This document shows, piece after piece, positions 19,701-28,851 of a stretch of 64,000 nucleotides of DNA. A model generated the notes under the pieces. That model saw only the letters and a program-made list of their open reading frames with translations, was not told the DNA's origin and did not search any database. The stretch lies in contig JBFYKH010000007.1 in the NCBI GenBank assembly GCA_041306075.1, positions 8,821 through 72,820 of the forward strand, given 5' to 3'. Position numbers and translations under genes: made by a program. This DNA is from Candidatus Altiarchaeota archaeon (GTDB lineage: Archaea; Altiarchaeota; Altiarchaeia; IMC4; SCGC-AAA252-I15). How positions within the stretch are numbered: position 1 is the stretch's first letter; every line of letters begins with the position of its first letter.

Positions 19701-22019
19701 AACCTCCCCCTCCACAGGGACTCCGACGGCAACGTCTACGCGAGCCCGTATGACATGAAGTACCTGACCTCGTCGATGCGGCATGACGACTGGGCGAGGA
19801 ACAAGGCGCTGGCCAGCGGTTTTGCACTGAAGAACCCGATGCGGTTCACATTCAACTACTCCGACCAGACCGGCCGGTACGTCTCCGGCCAAGGCCAGGC
19901 GGATGCCGTGGCTGAGGTGGCATACGACCCGAAGGAGGGGGTTCTCCTCGGCCCTGACGGCGAACATGCCACCTTGGTCGGGCAGGGGGTGCAGACCCAC
20001 ATGGGCGACCGCGTACTCTTCGTCAGGACCAGCGAGTGGGCCGGGAAAATATATGCTCCCGAGGGGCGGGAGGCGACAGCCGAAGAGTCTAAGGCGGTGG
20101 CTGAAAAAATAAAGGCCGGGGAGAGAGTCGAAGGGTTCGTCGTCCAGGACTGGCTTGACAAGACGAAGTTCGTAGCCCCTACCGAGATGCGTCAGGGAGC
20201 TGACGGCGGAGTTCAATTCGGGTATAAGATATGGAGGCACTACGGCTACAACACCATCCCCACGGCCGACAAGAAGGGGCGCCCGGACATGTCGGCCCCG
20301 ACCCTCATAGGCCGCGACGGCATGGTGTCCGCCCTGAAGGGGATGCCGACCCACGAGGAGCTTAACGGGCCCATGACCCGGGAGATGAGGGGGAAGATGG
20401 AGGAAATCCTGCTCATCAACGGACGGAAACTGGACTACGGCACCCTCACCGACGATGCACTGCGGGAGGAGATGCGGAAGCTCAAGGACTCCAAGAACAA
20501 GGAGTTCGAGAAAGACTTAGACAAGGGGGCTGAGGGCCACAGGATGAAGGCCGGGGCTGAGGCGGCAAGTCGCCTCTCTGGCGCCGGCGTAGCCGGAATC
20601 AGCGCAGAGCAGGCGGCCGGCGTCGACGGCATGTTCGAAATTCACAAGGAGTACATAGCGGCTGCCAAGAACATAACCCTGGCTGGAACCAGATGGGGGT
20701 CATCGACGGGCCTGACCGATAGTGGGATACAGGCAATCAAGGCGTCAGTCCAGAAGACCGCGGCCGAGCACGGGGTCAGGGTTGCGAGCGTAAGCTTCTA
20801 CGACAGCGGCGACACGGCAAGCGACCCGAACCCTATGCTGGTCAGGTTCGAAGACGGGGCCCACCTTCAGGTGAATCTGGCATACATCGCGAATAAGGCC
20901 CGGGCGAGGATAGGCGTCCACGTCGCAGGGAGGGACAGGTCGATAGAGGCCATCAAAGCCGACAGGGCAAAGGCTATAGCGGCCATCGAAGGCGACAAAT
21001 CCAAGCCAAAAGCGGACCGGAAGAAAGCGATAGAGGCGGTTAACGACAAGAAAAAAGAGGAACTAGCGGCCGTAGATCGCGCATTCCACCAGGCAGTCTT
21101 CAAGGACATCGGCGACGGCCTTATACAAAAAGACCTGGATGAAGGGCTGGCTGATTTCCTGAAGCGGGCTGACGGCCACCTCAACCTCCACGAGCTGGCC
21201 GGCCACAACGCGGCGGAGAAGCATGTCGACGCGGTCATGAAGGCGACGAAGGAGAATTATGGCGCGGGGGGCAGGGGCTGGGCCCACAGATTGCTCATGT
21301 TCCGGATGACGAAGCGCAACATGACATTGGCCTCGAAGGAGGTCATAGCGGACGGCATAGTCCCCGACAAGATGACGATGCCGGACGGCACAGAAAAGGA
21401 TAATCCCTCGTTGATAAGGCTCTACGTCGGGGAAAAACAGGACGGCAGCGACGGCCTCATCGGCGAAATACGGAAGTACAAGCGCCTCGGCAGGCCGCAC
21501 CTGATAAACTTCGCGAGGGCTTCAGCCATCGCCAAATTCAGGGGCCTGAAGACGGATAATGGAGCCGATGTCTCCGCCATGTTCGACGAGGCATTGAAGG
21601 GGCAGAACTCGGAAGGAAAGGACCGGCTCACGAGCGGCCAGGCGAAAACATACGAGAAACTGAAGGCGTACTTCGCGGAGCAGGCCGGCCACGTTAAACG
21701 GGAACGCGACGCAATCTACAAAAAGACCGCCGAGGCGGGGAAGGCCAGGCAGGCGAAAATGAGCGGGGCCCAAAGCGGGCCGCAACAACAGAAGGCCCAG
21801 GACGGCCCGGTTGCGGGTGACCTCTCCCCGGAGAAGCGGCCTCAGGCGGAGGCGGGCAAGCGCGGCCAGATACCCCATCACGAGCCTCCTCACGACCACG
21901 ACGCCCCGGGAGCTGGCGGCGGGCACCATGGCGAGGGCCCTGCATCCGGCCCTGACGGGCAAGGGCCTGGAGACGGCGGAGACGGCGGCGGAGACGGCGG
22001 AGGAGACGGTGGAGACTGA
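16707..22019 (+). CDS. Giant membrane protein: N-terminal VirB6/TrbL-like polytopic domain (about 430 aa) plus about 1300-aa charged hydrophilic tail ending in a [DGG]n repeat
   Basis: 1771 aa (ATG at 16707; the track starts at TTG 16704); 8+ TM helices in the first 430 aa; long K/E/D/R-rich region; C-terminus ...HHEPPHDHDAPGAGGGHHGEGPASGPDGQGPGDGGDGGGDGGGDGGD. Confidence 0.55.
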   Translation: MLGSRLCHRLATVVVVSILLSYAASYVLAGKPGERGQEGAGWWDQVGSCVKRESTWTYFIPIYGQIKAFGTLFCIGKVTVISVVVKGLWAILKDLIIEGFTKLLILFLGFLESGLTATPDWDSDAYNNLYGIVLTIITPLLFVQIIVVAGYLMFSSIDPGQRSRAKTMLTRLLMSLVLVGIAKPAYILLFDLISGPNSITSAIFDATYNIITGGPPGAGAITAMVAIFAGIIVFAVFSGVGLTLLGWVVAYLLIVVFIVYIRYSMIVMLYIIFPFTIFLYYFEYTRSVGGDFLMKTLMWLIMGPVMALVVSVTVISLVVFLGGGDMGVAQNIATSLEDVKEDGVVDEGAITAIEGQVNLPAGSLPAGQAEPPFTEALLAKVIALFIFLGGVVALVAVPLVMSSLMHWVGGAMAASGMMGISAGGPLAERWKQLSLVTAGELMMGRGSQSLVSAATNISYMNRDAVIDGQGMLPGLFGSAKTEASMASKGSASRGFMGNLAAAFSDHSSPATKDFYDRSRGAVYGTPMSGGHQGVESGMSQRPPLSAGNRPQDGSYAAAGDGRGMRVNPEYLKDDGPPGSRSQGAGMLNAPASELIGADGKPMPTSTTHYDQRAGQAMVTSSESQWGVLPAFRVMERIDSVFKGMGEVRKGVSAVFRQKGRRLEGVKLAGRGAGKILVSAVPISPFMPVRMMGRVIYTLTPVQLPPALQPYGFAIGGAMKGIGLRQVFMRTKWAEQMGVYRKAYKNRVEDLDKLDETHKTEVGKRKAGVDYSKEDETYRQKRGKVLSEMGRLEDGVVKTMDRMGFGKTPFADVLPENPDYVSYLKHLEFLKKQRDQTAESNPAVAEHSLYDAYLRKSRVTEKDHLMQPASTLWEKHEKGELKGKDKEEYDKLAKSAQALSAVQFADNSKDKSGAAGRQEKARFMAAGLMKAMGVEDSMEQRRFLEAHTGLLEFDRNGALTRQRYVRLDGAMAQGAHNREFIYQETYDNKGEPLVKAESVNLPLHRDSDGNVYASPYDMKYLTSSMRHDDWARNKALASGFALKNPMRFTFNYSDQTGRYVSGQGQADAVAEVAYDPKEGVLLGPDGEHATLVGQGVQTHMGDRVLFVRTSEWAGKIYAPEGREATAEESKAVAEKIKAGERVEGFVVQDWLDKTKFVAPTEMRQGADGGVQFGYKIWRHYGYNTIPTADKKGRPDMSAPTLIGRDGMVSALKGMPTHEELNGPMTREMRGKMEEILLINGRKLDYGTLTDDALREEMRKLKDSKNKEFEKDLDKGAEGHRMKAGAEAASRLSGAGVAGISAEQAAGVDGMFEIHKEYIAAAKNITLAGTRWGSSTGLTDSGIQAIKASVQKTAAEHGVRVASVSFYDSGDTASDPNPMLVRFEDGAHLQVNLAYIANKARARIGVHVAGRDRSIEAIKADRAKAIAAIEGDKSKPKADRKKAIEAVNDKKKEELAAVDRAFHQAVFKDIGDGLIQKDLDEGLADFLKRADGHLNLHELAGHNAAEKHVDAVMKATKENYGAGGRGWAHRLLMFRMTKRNMTLASKEVIADGIVPDKMTMPDGTEKDNPSLIRLYVGEKQDGSDGLIGEIRKYKRLGRPHLINFARASAIAKFRGLKTDNGADVSAMFDEALKGQNSEGKDRLTSGQAKTYEKLKAYFAEQAGHVKRERDAIYKKTAEAGKARQAKMSGAQSGPQQQKAQDGPVAGDLSPEKRPQAEAGKRGQIPHHEPPHDHDAPGAGGGHHGEGPASGPDGQGPGDGGDGGGDGGGDGGD

Positions 22020-22058
22020 GATGAACTGCATGCATTCGGAATCGCGGAGGAAGCCCTG

Positions 22059-22562
22059 ATGGCTGAATACACCGACCTGGACCTGGAAGTGATAAAGAAC
22101 ATGAAGGAGGAGTGCATCCAAGAGGTGAAGGCAAACGCAGTGGACGACCTGTACTACTTCATCGTAGAACACAAGCACGGGAAGGGCGCGAGGGACCCGA
22201 TGATTCCGGTCGACTGGGACCTGGTGTTCAAGGAGAACCAGTGCCCCGAATGCAAGGATATAATCAGCCTCAGGGAGTTGACCTACGTCTGCGACAAGTG
22301 CGGCCTCAAGATACCCGTCAGGATGTACGATCTGGCATCGGAGGAATACTCCTCCTGGGTGAAGATACACGACGATGGCGTATCCCTGGCGGAGCGGATG
22401 CGGAAGGCCGGTTACTCCGATGAGCGCACGACCGCACTGTACGAGGATGCTGAGAGGCAGGCTTTCAGGGAGATAGAGTCCTTGAAAACGGAGGATGCGG
22501 GCAAATCCCGGAGGGGCGCCAGGATAGGGCCTTCATCCCGGGGGAGGGGCGGTGAAAGCTAA
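22059..22562 (+). CDS. Cytoplasmic zinc-ribbon protein (operon member)
   Basis: 167 aa; CPECK...CDKCG; GGAGGA RBS; overlaps the next gene by 11 nt. Confidence 0.5.
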   Translation: MAEYTDLDLEVIKNMKEECIQEVKANAVDDLYYFIVEHKHGKGARDPMIPVDWDLVFKENQCPECKDIISLRELTYVCDKCGLKIPVRMYDLASEEYSSWVKIHDDGVSLAERMRKAGYSDERTTALYEDAERQAFREIESLKTEDAGKSRRGARIGPSSRGRGGES

Positions 22563-24582
22563 GGCATTTGTCGCGCTCGTCCTGGTTTCGGCGCTAGCAT
22601 TCGCACTGGTCTCGGCGCAGAGCGACCGGGCAAGGCAGGGCACGTCCTGGATGAAAGAGCTCCTCCGCTCGCCCATGGAGATAATGGCGAAAACGTACAT
22701 CGAGCACACGCTGGGCTCCGTGGTCCAGGCATTGACCAACAACCCCACATTCTACTGCATTCCGGGGGACCCCACCTGCGCCGTCACCCCTGCGGGCATA
22801 GACCTGCTCATGAACAAGTGGATACACCTCCTCGTGCCTTTCTACATCGTCGCGATGCTGTTCACGGCCCTCTTCTTCCTCCTGAAGGCCGGCACGCCCC
22901 GCGGGCGGGCCAGGGCCAGGAGCATGGCGGTGAAACTCATATTCGGCATGGCCCTCGTCGCCCTCTCCCCCGTCATATACCAGACCCTCCTTGAGACCTC
23001 CGTGGTGCTGGTGAATTTCTTCCTCACGGGATACGCCACCGAACTGAACCTTGGGCTCATGACGGTACCCATCGACGCGCAGATATTCCCCCCGCTCGGG
23101 CAGGATGAGATAAACAACATGACGTGGGCGCTCGACAACACGGGCCTCACGATGTCGTGGATATTCATGTACGTCGCCTGCGGCACCCTCATACTCGGCA
23201 ACATCGTGCTCTGGTTCAGGAACATGATGGTCTATTTCTACGGCGTCTTCTTCCCGGTGATAATGTTCCTGTACACGTTCGAGGTGACCAAGCCCCAGGG
23301 CGAGAAATGGATAAACGGCTCCCTCAAGTGGATATTCGCCCCGGTTCTGCAGGCCATGCTCCTGGCGTTCACGGTGCAGGTAGCCAACAACATAAGCATG
23401 TGGAACTTCTCGGGGACTGTCGGCTCGATCGTGCTGACGTTCCTGAGCAACTCCCTGACCGGGATGATAATACTCGCAGGCATATCGGGGTTCATCATGG
23501 GGCCTATGATAGTCGGGCAGGCCATGAGCTGGTTCGGGGACGCAGTATCGTCCGTGGGCCTCGGCACAGGCAACCAGTGGATGGTGAGCATCGGCAACCT
23601 CCTTGCGGGCGGAGGCTCCGGATCGGTGCTCCAGGCCGAGGCGGAGTACGCCAGGGCGTCGTCTTACGAGCGCTACCGGACCATGATGACCGACCGCAGC
23701 ACGCCCGGGACCGCGACTCTCCGCCAGCCACAGGGCGCGTCGGGCCAGGCCCCGTCAATCGGCTCCCCGGGCCAACACTACGCCGCAAGCGGCGACAGCG
23801 CGCCGTCCGGCGGCCAATCCGCAGCCGGCCGCGGCGGCATGTTCGAGTCCTCAACACCTACGGCACAGCTCAGAAGCGCTTTGTCGTACGCCCCGGCCAG
23901 TGATGCTGGCGCCGGACAGTCGACGGGGGCGCCCGGCAACGAGTCTGCTGGCAGCCAACAGGACACATACTCCGGGACCCTGAGCGGCACCCAGACCGGC
24001 TCCCAGCCGCGCCAGCATCAGTCCTACTCGGGCAGCCCGTCCTCAGAGGATAGAGCAGCTAGTGGCTTCAGCCCGGAGGAGCTGAAGGGGGAGCTTGACC
24101 AGAGTTCAGCCAATGACGGCGGCACCCGCTCGGGAGCCGACGCAGCCGGGGATTCATATGCGGCATCCTCGTTCGGGGCGCTGATAAACGACGAGCTTAA
24201 GAAGGAAAAAACGTCCGAGACGATGAGGGCCCTGGCCACAGGAAAGCCCGGTATCAGCGTGCCCCGGGGGGAGGAAGTGGAGGTGCGCACGGGCTCGGCA
24301 GGGGGCATACCGTCAATCAGGACGCCGAGGACGCCGACAGCAGGCTCAAGGGGCATGGGCGCGCAGCCTACGGAGGATGAGGAGATGGCCAGGCTCGCAG
24401 GCATAGCGGCCGACAAGGAGCGGGAGCTGACCGGCCGGCAAATCGAACAGAAGCAGAAGATGGAGGGGATGCAGGCCGACCAGGTGCAGAGGGACGCCGG
24501 CAGAAGGCAGGCGGAAACGGACGGCAAAGCCGCTGAGAAGAAGGAGGCTGCGAAGCGCAGGAACGTGGACCGCGAGCGATGA
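22552..24582 (+). CDS. VirB6/TrbL-like polytopic membrane protein with long disordered S/G/T/Q-rich and K/E-rich C-terminal tail
   Basis: 676 aa; GTG start after GGAGG; signal peptide MKAKAFVALVLVSALAFALVSAQS, extracytoplasmic segment, 6-7 TM helices, low-complexity tail. Confidence 0.55.
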   Translation: MKAKAFVALVLVSALAFALVSAQSDRARQGTSWMKELLRSPMEIMAKTYIEHTLGSVVQALTNNPTFYCIPGDPTCAVTPAGIDLLMNKWIHLLVPFYIVAMLFTALFFLLKAGTPRGRARARSMAVKLIFGMALVALSPVIYQTLLETSVVLVNFFLTGYATELNLGLMTVPIDAQIFPPLGQDEINNMTWALDNTGLTMSWIFMYVACGTLILGNIVLWFRNMMVYFYGVFFPVIMFLYTFEVTKPQGEKWINGSLKWIFAPVLQAMLLAFTVQVANNISMWNFSGTVGSIVLTFLSNSLTGMIILAGISGFIMGPMIVGQAMSWFGDAVSSVGLGTGNQWMVSIGNLLAGGGSGSVLQAEAEYARASSYERYRTMMTDRSTPGTATLRQPQGASGQAPSIGSPGQHYAASGDSAPSGGQSAAGRGGMFESSTPTAQLRSALSYAPASDAGAGQSTGAPGNESAGSQQDTYSGTLSGTQTGSQPRQHQSYSGSPSSEDRAASGFSPEELKGELDQSSANDGGTRSGADAAGDSYAASSFGALINDELKKEKTSETMRALATGKPGISVPRGEEVEVRTGSAGGIPSIRTPRTPTAGSRGMGAQPTEDEEMARLAGIAADKERELTGRQIEQKQKMEGMQADQVQRDAGRRQAETDGKAAEKKEAAKRRNVDRER

Positions 24583-25583
24583 AAGACGACAAGGGCGGGC
24601 GCAGGCTCCAAGAGGAGATAGAGAAGACCGACCAGGAGCTGAGGAAGCTCGACGATAAGGCGGAGGAGCGGGAGGGGAGGAAGCTCGCCGTCGAGGAGGA
24701 CCTGCAGACCAAGTCCAGGATACTCAAGCGGAAGCTGATGGAACCCGCCCAGGCATCGGGCGCGGCTCCCGGGAAGAAGTCCGAGGAAAAGCCCCTCAGG
24801 GCCGAATCCCCGGAGACCCTGCTCAAGGAAGCCGTCCTGCGCCACCAGAACTCCCGGCTGGAAGAAAGGCGCGGAAGACGCGCCCAAATGACGACCGACG
24901 CCAGGGCTAGGATGCGCATAACGTTGGGGGTGGAGTCCGCCATCAACGAATCCATGGAACGCGACCTCCGCGGCCTGGAGGAAACGTCCGACGGCCGTCT
25001 GAAGCGTATACGGGAGCTGAGCGCCAGACGCGCGGGCGGTGGCGGTTCAGCCCAGGAATCGGCCGAGCTGAGGCGCCTGGAGGACAATGAGGCCGACAGA
25101 TACTACCTCAGGGAGCGTCTCCTCAGCCGCATCCGCCTAGAAGAGCTCGGGGAATACGGCTGGGTGAGGCCGATAGGGGACGGGATGCTCGGCATCAAGC
25201 CGTACACCGTCCTGACGCAGTACGACCGGCTGAGCCCGTCGAACAAGCGGGGCGTGAGGTGGCAGTCGGACTCCCTGATGATGCGATTCCAGAACGCAAT
25301 CGTCGGCCACTATGCGCCGAAGAAGGCTTCGTTCTCCTGGCTTCACGAGAAGACCCTCAAGGGCTTCGAGACCCAGTTCGACGACATAAACGAGGAGATA
25401 TACTCCGACAAGAAGTGGGCGGAGACGGTGCGCAAGGGACAGGCGCGGCTGGAGGACATGGAGGAGGAGCTTAGGGGATACGACAATTTCACCGTCGAGG
25501 AGGAGCGGAAGATAAAGAAGCTCTTCAGCGACTACATGAAGAAGCAGGTGGAATTGGGCAAGGAGATAGAATACAATCCCTGA
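24579..25583 (+). CDS. Charged coiled-coil protein (operon member; VirB8/VirB10-like role unknown)
   Basis: 334 aa; start overlaps the upstream stop (ATGA); highly charged E/R/K-rich helical sequence. Confidence 0.45.
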   Translation: MKDDKGGRRLQEEIEKTDQELRKLDDKAEEREGRKLAVEEDLQTKSRILKRKLMEPAQASGAAPGKKSEEKPLRAESPETLLKEAVLRHQNSRLEERRGRRAQMTTDARARMRITLGVESAINESMERDLRGLEETSDGRLKRIRELSARRAGGGGSAQESAELRRLEDNEADRYYLRERLLSRIRLEELGEYGWVRPIGDGMLGIKPYTVLTQYDRLSPSNKRGVRWQSDSLMMRFQNAIVGHYAPKKASFSWLHEKTLKGFETQFDDINEEIYSDKKWAETVRKGQARLEDMEEELRGYDNFTVEEERKIKKLFSDYMKKQVELGKEIEYNP

Positions 25584-25627
25584 GTTATATATTCACCCAA
25601 GACTAATTTATCCCATGAGGTCGACCG

Positions 25628-26536
25628 ATGCCATACGCCATACCCGCTAACATCAGGTACGAGGAGCGGCTCGTAGGCCCGCTGACTATAAAGCAGTCGC
25701 TCTACCTCGGCGCATGCCTTATGGTCGCATGGTTCATATACCAGTCGCCGGAGCTTCCGCCGCCAACCAACGTGGTGGTCGCGCTCCTAGTGGCGGTGAT
25801 AGGGATAGGTTTCGCATTCTTCAACCTGGACGTCTGGCTGACGAACTACATCACCTTCCTCGGACTCACGAAGAAGAGCTCCTGGATTTCGCCCGCGGCG
25901 AGGAAGCTGATGGGCATCAAGTCCATCCGCACGGCATCCATCTACTTCCAGGACAACAAGGTCGTGGGCGTCGTGAAGGTGAAGCCCATCAACTTCGGCG
26001 TCCTGGCGGAGCAGGACAAGGACACGGTCATCTACGGATTCCTGGAGTTCCTGAACTCCCTGAACTTCCCGGTGCAGATAGTCATGCGCAGCGTGAACCT
26101 GGACCTGGAGGACTATCTCCGCCACCTGAAACGGCGGATAGTGCAGCGCGACGACAAGGTGGCGCTCGCCTACTACGAGCACTTCTCGGAGTACATGAGG
26201 AGCTACATAAAGGTGAACAAGATAAACGACAGGCACTTCTACGTCGTCGTCCCCGGCCAGAAGAAGAGGTCGGAGAAGGAGACGATAGACTACCTCGACA
26301 CCCAGTGCAACGAGATAATGGGCCGGCTGTCGCTGTCCGGGATAGTCTCGGAGCGGATGAACGACCGGCAGCTCCTGAACCTGTACAAGTCATATTTCAC
26401 GGACAGCTTCGAGCTCTACGACAGCTACATAAGCCCCATAACCATGTACCGGAAGATGTGGAAGGAGGCGCCGAAGCCTGTCAAGGAGATGAGGGGGGGC
26501 CGGGGGGATGAGCCCCAGGGGGCGGGTGAAGTCTAA
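25628..26536 (+). CDS. Membrane-anchored protein: VirB3-like 2-TM N-terminus plus a domain resembling the N-terminal domain of VirB4/TrbE ATPases
   Basis: 302 aa; two TM helices at residues about 25-75; ...SIYFQDNKVVGVVKVKPINFGVLAEQDKDTVIYGFLEFLNSLNFPVQIVMRS... as in the VirB4 N-domain; 3' end overlaps the next ORF in a G7 tract. Confidence 0.5.
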   Translation: MPYAIPANIRYEERLVGPLTIKQSLYLGACLMVAWFIYQSPELPPPTNVVVALLVAVIGIGFAFFNLDVWLTNYITFLGLTKKSSWISPAARKLMGIKSIRTASIYFQDNKVVGVVKVKPINFGVLAEQDKDTVIYGFLEFLNSLNFPVQIVMRSVNLDLEDYLRHLKRRIVQRDDKVALAYYEHFSEYMRSYIKVNKINDRHFYVVVPGQKKRSEKETIDYLDTQCNEIMGRLSLSGIVSERMNDRQLLNLYKSYFTDSFELYDSYISPITMYRKMWKEAPKPVKEMRGGRGDEPQGAGEV

Positions 26537-28811
26537 GATGGCATTCGGGTTCGGAGGGTCGAAGGCGAAGGAGAAGACCGAGGCAGAGTCGTATACGGAG
26601 TATGAGGACCGTCTCATAGAATACCTGACCTCGCCGTCCACCATCAACATCAAGCCGTCGGTGATAGAGATAAACAAGCTCCATCAGGTGATATGCGCCA
26701 TCAACTATCCGCGTCTCGTGGACCCGGGCTGGCTGACCCGGCTCATAGAGATGAACCTGGACTTCGACCTTGCCATACACATCAGCCCCTACAAGATAGA
26801 CACCACCATCAAGCTCCTCGAGGCGGAGATAAAAAAGCAGAAGACGGACCTGTATGCCCTCGAGACGGAGGGCAAGATAGTCCCGCAGGCCCTGATACAG
26901 CAGCACCAGGACACGATGGCGCTCCTGCAGCTCGTCCAGGAAGGCACGGAGAAGATGTTCGACATGTCGCTCTACCTAGATGCCAAGGCATTCAACAAGG
27001 AGGACATGGAGCGGATAAGCAAGCAGATAAGGGACACCATGAACAGCATCATGATAATCCCGAAGATACCCTCGTACCAGATGTACAAGGCCCTTCGGAG
27101 CGTCCTGCCGCTCGGCGTCGACGAGCTGCAGGTGACGAGGAACATCACAAGCTCAGCCGCGGCCGCCTGCTTCCCGTTCGCCATCACTTCGCTTGAGCAG
27201 CACGCGACCGGCATCCTAATAGGGTTCAACGAATACAACAGCATCCCCATCATAATCGACCCGTTCCAGCTGTCCAACCCCAACATACTGGTGCTCGGCA
27301 CCTCGGGCGGCGGGAAGAGCTACTCGATAAAGCTGATACTCATGAGGGAGTTCATGGAGGGCGTCTCCATCAACATCATCGACCCGCAGGCGGAGTACAC
27401 GGACCTTGTGAGGACCTTCAACGGCGAGATAATCAGGATAGCCCCGGACTCGGACAGCGTCATCAACCCGTTCGACCTGATGGACCAGACGTTCGACGAG
27501 AAGAAGCTATCCCTCCTCGCATTCTTCAGGTGCCTCCTCGGGGAGCTCACGGAGCCGCAGAGGGCGATACTAGACGAGACCATAGACCGCACATACGAGG
27601 AGAAGGGCATAAACAAGGACTCCAAGACCTGGAGCCGCCAGCCGCCCCTCCTCGAGGACCTGTACAACGAGGTGCTCCCGCTCACGAAGTCCCAGAAGGA
27701 GATAATCTACGGCCCCGCGATGGCCATCGTGAACCGCCTCAAGAGCTACGTCTTCGGGCCGATGAGGTTCCTGAACCAGCACACGAGGATAAACATCTCC
27801 AACCGGATGATAAGCTTCGACATCAAGGACTCGCCCGACATCGGCAAGGGCACCATCATGTTCCTGCTCCTCGAGTACGTGTACACCCAGATGAAGAAGT
27901 CGAAGACCAGGAAGATACTCGTCATCGACGAGGCCTGGACGGTCCTTTCGGCAGGCGAGCAGGCCGAGTACGTGCTCCGTCTCGTCAAGACGTGCAGGAA
28001 GTTCAACCTGGCGCTCATCATGATAACCCAGGACGTGGAGGACGTCCTCGTCTCCCGGGCCGGCAGGGCGGTTCTGACGAACACGGCCACGAAGATACTC
28101 CTCAAGCAGGACACCTCCATACTTGACCAGATAGTAGAGCGCTTCAACCTCAACCAGGCGGAGCGGCGATTCCTCCAGATTTCCACGATGGGCCGCGCCC
28201 TCCTGATAGCCGAGACCACGAGAGTCCCCATATACGTGCAGGCGTCCCCGGAGGAGCATAGGATAATAACGACCCGTCCCGACGAGCTCATAAACCGCCG
28301 GGAGGTGAAGCGTCCGGAGGGGGAGGACCTGGTTAAGGAGTTCGACATAAACAAGGTCGTCCAGCGGAAGGAGGACCTGGACGACGACCAGATACAGGCG
28401 CTCGGGCAGAGGGACTTCGGAGAGGTGCGCGTCAAGAACCTGAGCGGCGAGTCGGAGCTGTACCTGATAAAGAACGAGACCGAGGACACGGACGAGCACT
28501 TCGTCATGCAGCAGCTGATATTCAACGAGGTCAGGAGGTACACAGACAAGGTCCTGATACACCACACCCGGCTGCCCGACATCACGTTCGAGACCCGCAC
28601 CGGCAAGATGGTCGCAATCGAGATCGAGGCGGACGTGGGCCTCAAGAAGGGCATAGACAACATGCAGGACAAGCTCCCGCTGATGCAGAAGTACGACGAC
28701 TACTTCTACGTGGTCTCCAACCCGGCGCTTAAGAGGGACTACGGCAGCAAGTTCGGGGACATGCTGGCGCGGGAGGAGGTCCAGCAGAGGATTGCGACCT
28801 ATTTCGTGTGA
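26508..28811 (+). CDS. VirB4/TrbE/TraC-family (CedB-like) secretion ATPase with extra C-terminal domain of about 190 aa
   Basis: 767 aa; Walker A ILVLGTSGGGKSYSI, Walker B KILVIDEAWTV, ...LALIMITQ...; C-terminal extension ...PDITFETRTGKMVAIEIEADVGLKKG... Confidence 0.8.
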   Translation: MSPRGRVKSKMAFGFGGSKAKEKTEAESYTEYEDRLIEYLTSPSTINIKPSVIEINKLHQVICAINYPRLVDPGWLTRLIEMNLDFDLAIHISPYKIDTTIKLLEAEIKKQKTDLYALETEGKIVPQALIQQHQDTMALLQLVQEGTEKMFDMSLYLDAKAFNKEDMERISKQIRDTMNSIMIIPKIPSYQMYKALRSVLPLGVDELQVTRNITSSAAAACFPFAITSLEQHATGILIGFNEYNSIPIIIDPFQLSNPNILVLGTSGGGKSYSIKLILMREFMEGVSINIIDPQAEYTDLVRTFNGEIIRIAPDSDSVINPFDLMDQTFDEKKLSLLAFFRCLLGELTEPQRAILDETIDRTYEEKGINKDSKTWSRQPPLLEDLYNEVLPLTKSQKEIIYGPAMAIVNRLKSYVFGPMRFLNQHTRINISNRMISFDIKDSPDIGKGTIMFLLLEYVYTQMKKSKTRKILVIDEAWTVLSAGEQAEYVLRLVKTCRKFNLALIMITQDVEDVLVSRAGRAVLTNTATKILLKQDTSILDQIVERFNLNQAERRFLQISTMGRALLIAETTRVPIYVQASPEEHRIITTRPDELINRREVKRPEGEDLVKEFDINKVVQRKEDLDDDQIQALGQRDFGEVRVKNLSGESELYLIKNETEDTDEHFVMQQLIFNEVRRYTDKVLIHHTRLPDITFETRTGKMVAIEIEADVGLKKGIDNMQDKLPLMQKYDDYFYVVSNPALKRDYGSKFGDMLAREEVQQRIATYFV

Positions 28812-28851
28812 TGACCGTAGGCTTTTTAACGCCTGCTGCAATAACTAACTG

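Noticed and set aside
17013-20354. Several long minus-strand ORFs (303, 176, 148, 318 aa) antisense to the 1771-aa gene
   Set aside because: H/E/R/D-rich low-complexity translations of the opposite strand of a GC-rich gene; no start/RBS context.
27570-28841. 423-aa minus-strand ORF antisense to the VirB4-like ATPase gene
   Set aside because: The sense strand carries clear Walker A/B motifs; antisense ORF lacks any recognisable domain.
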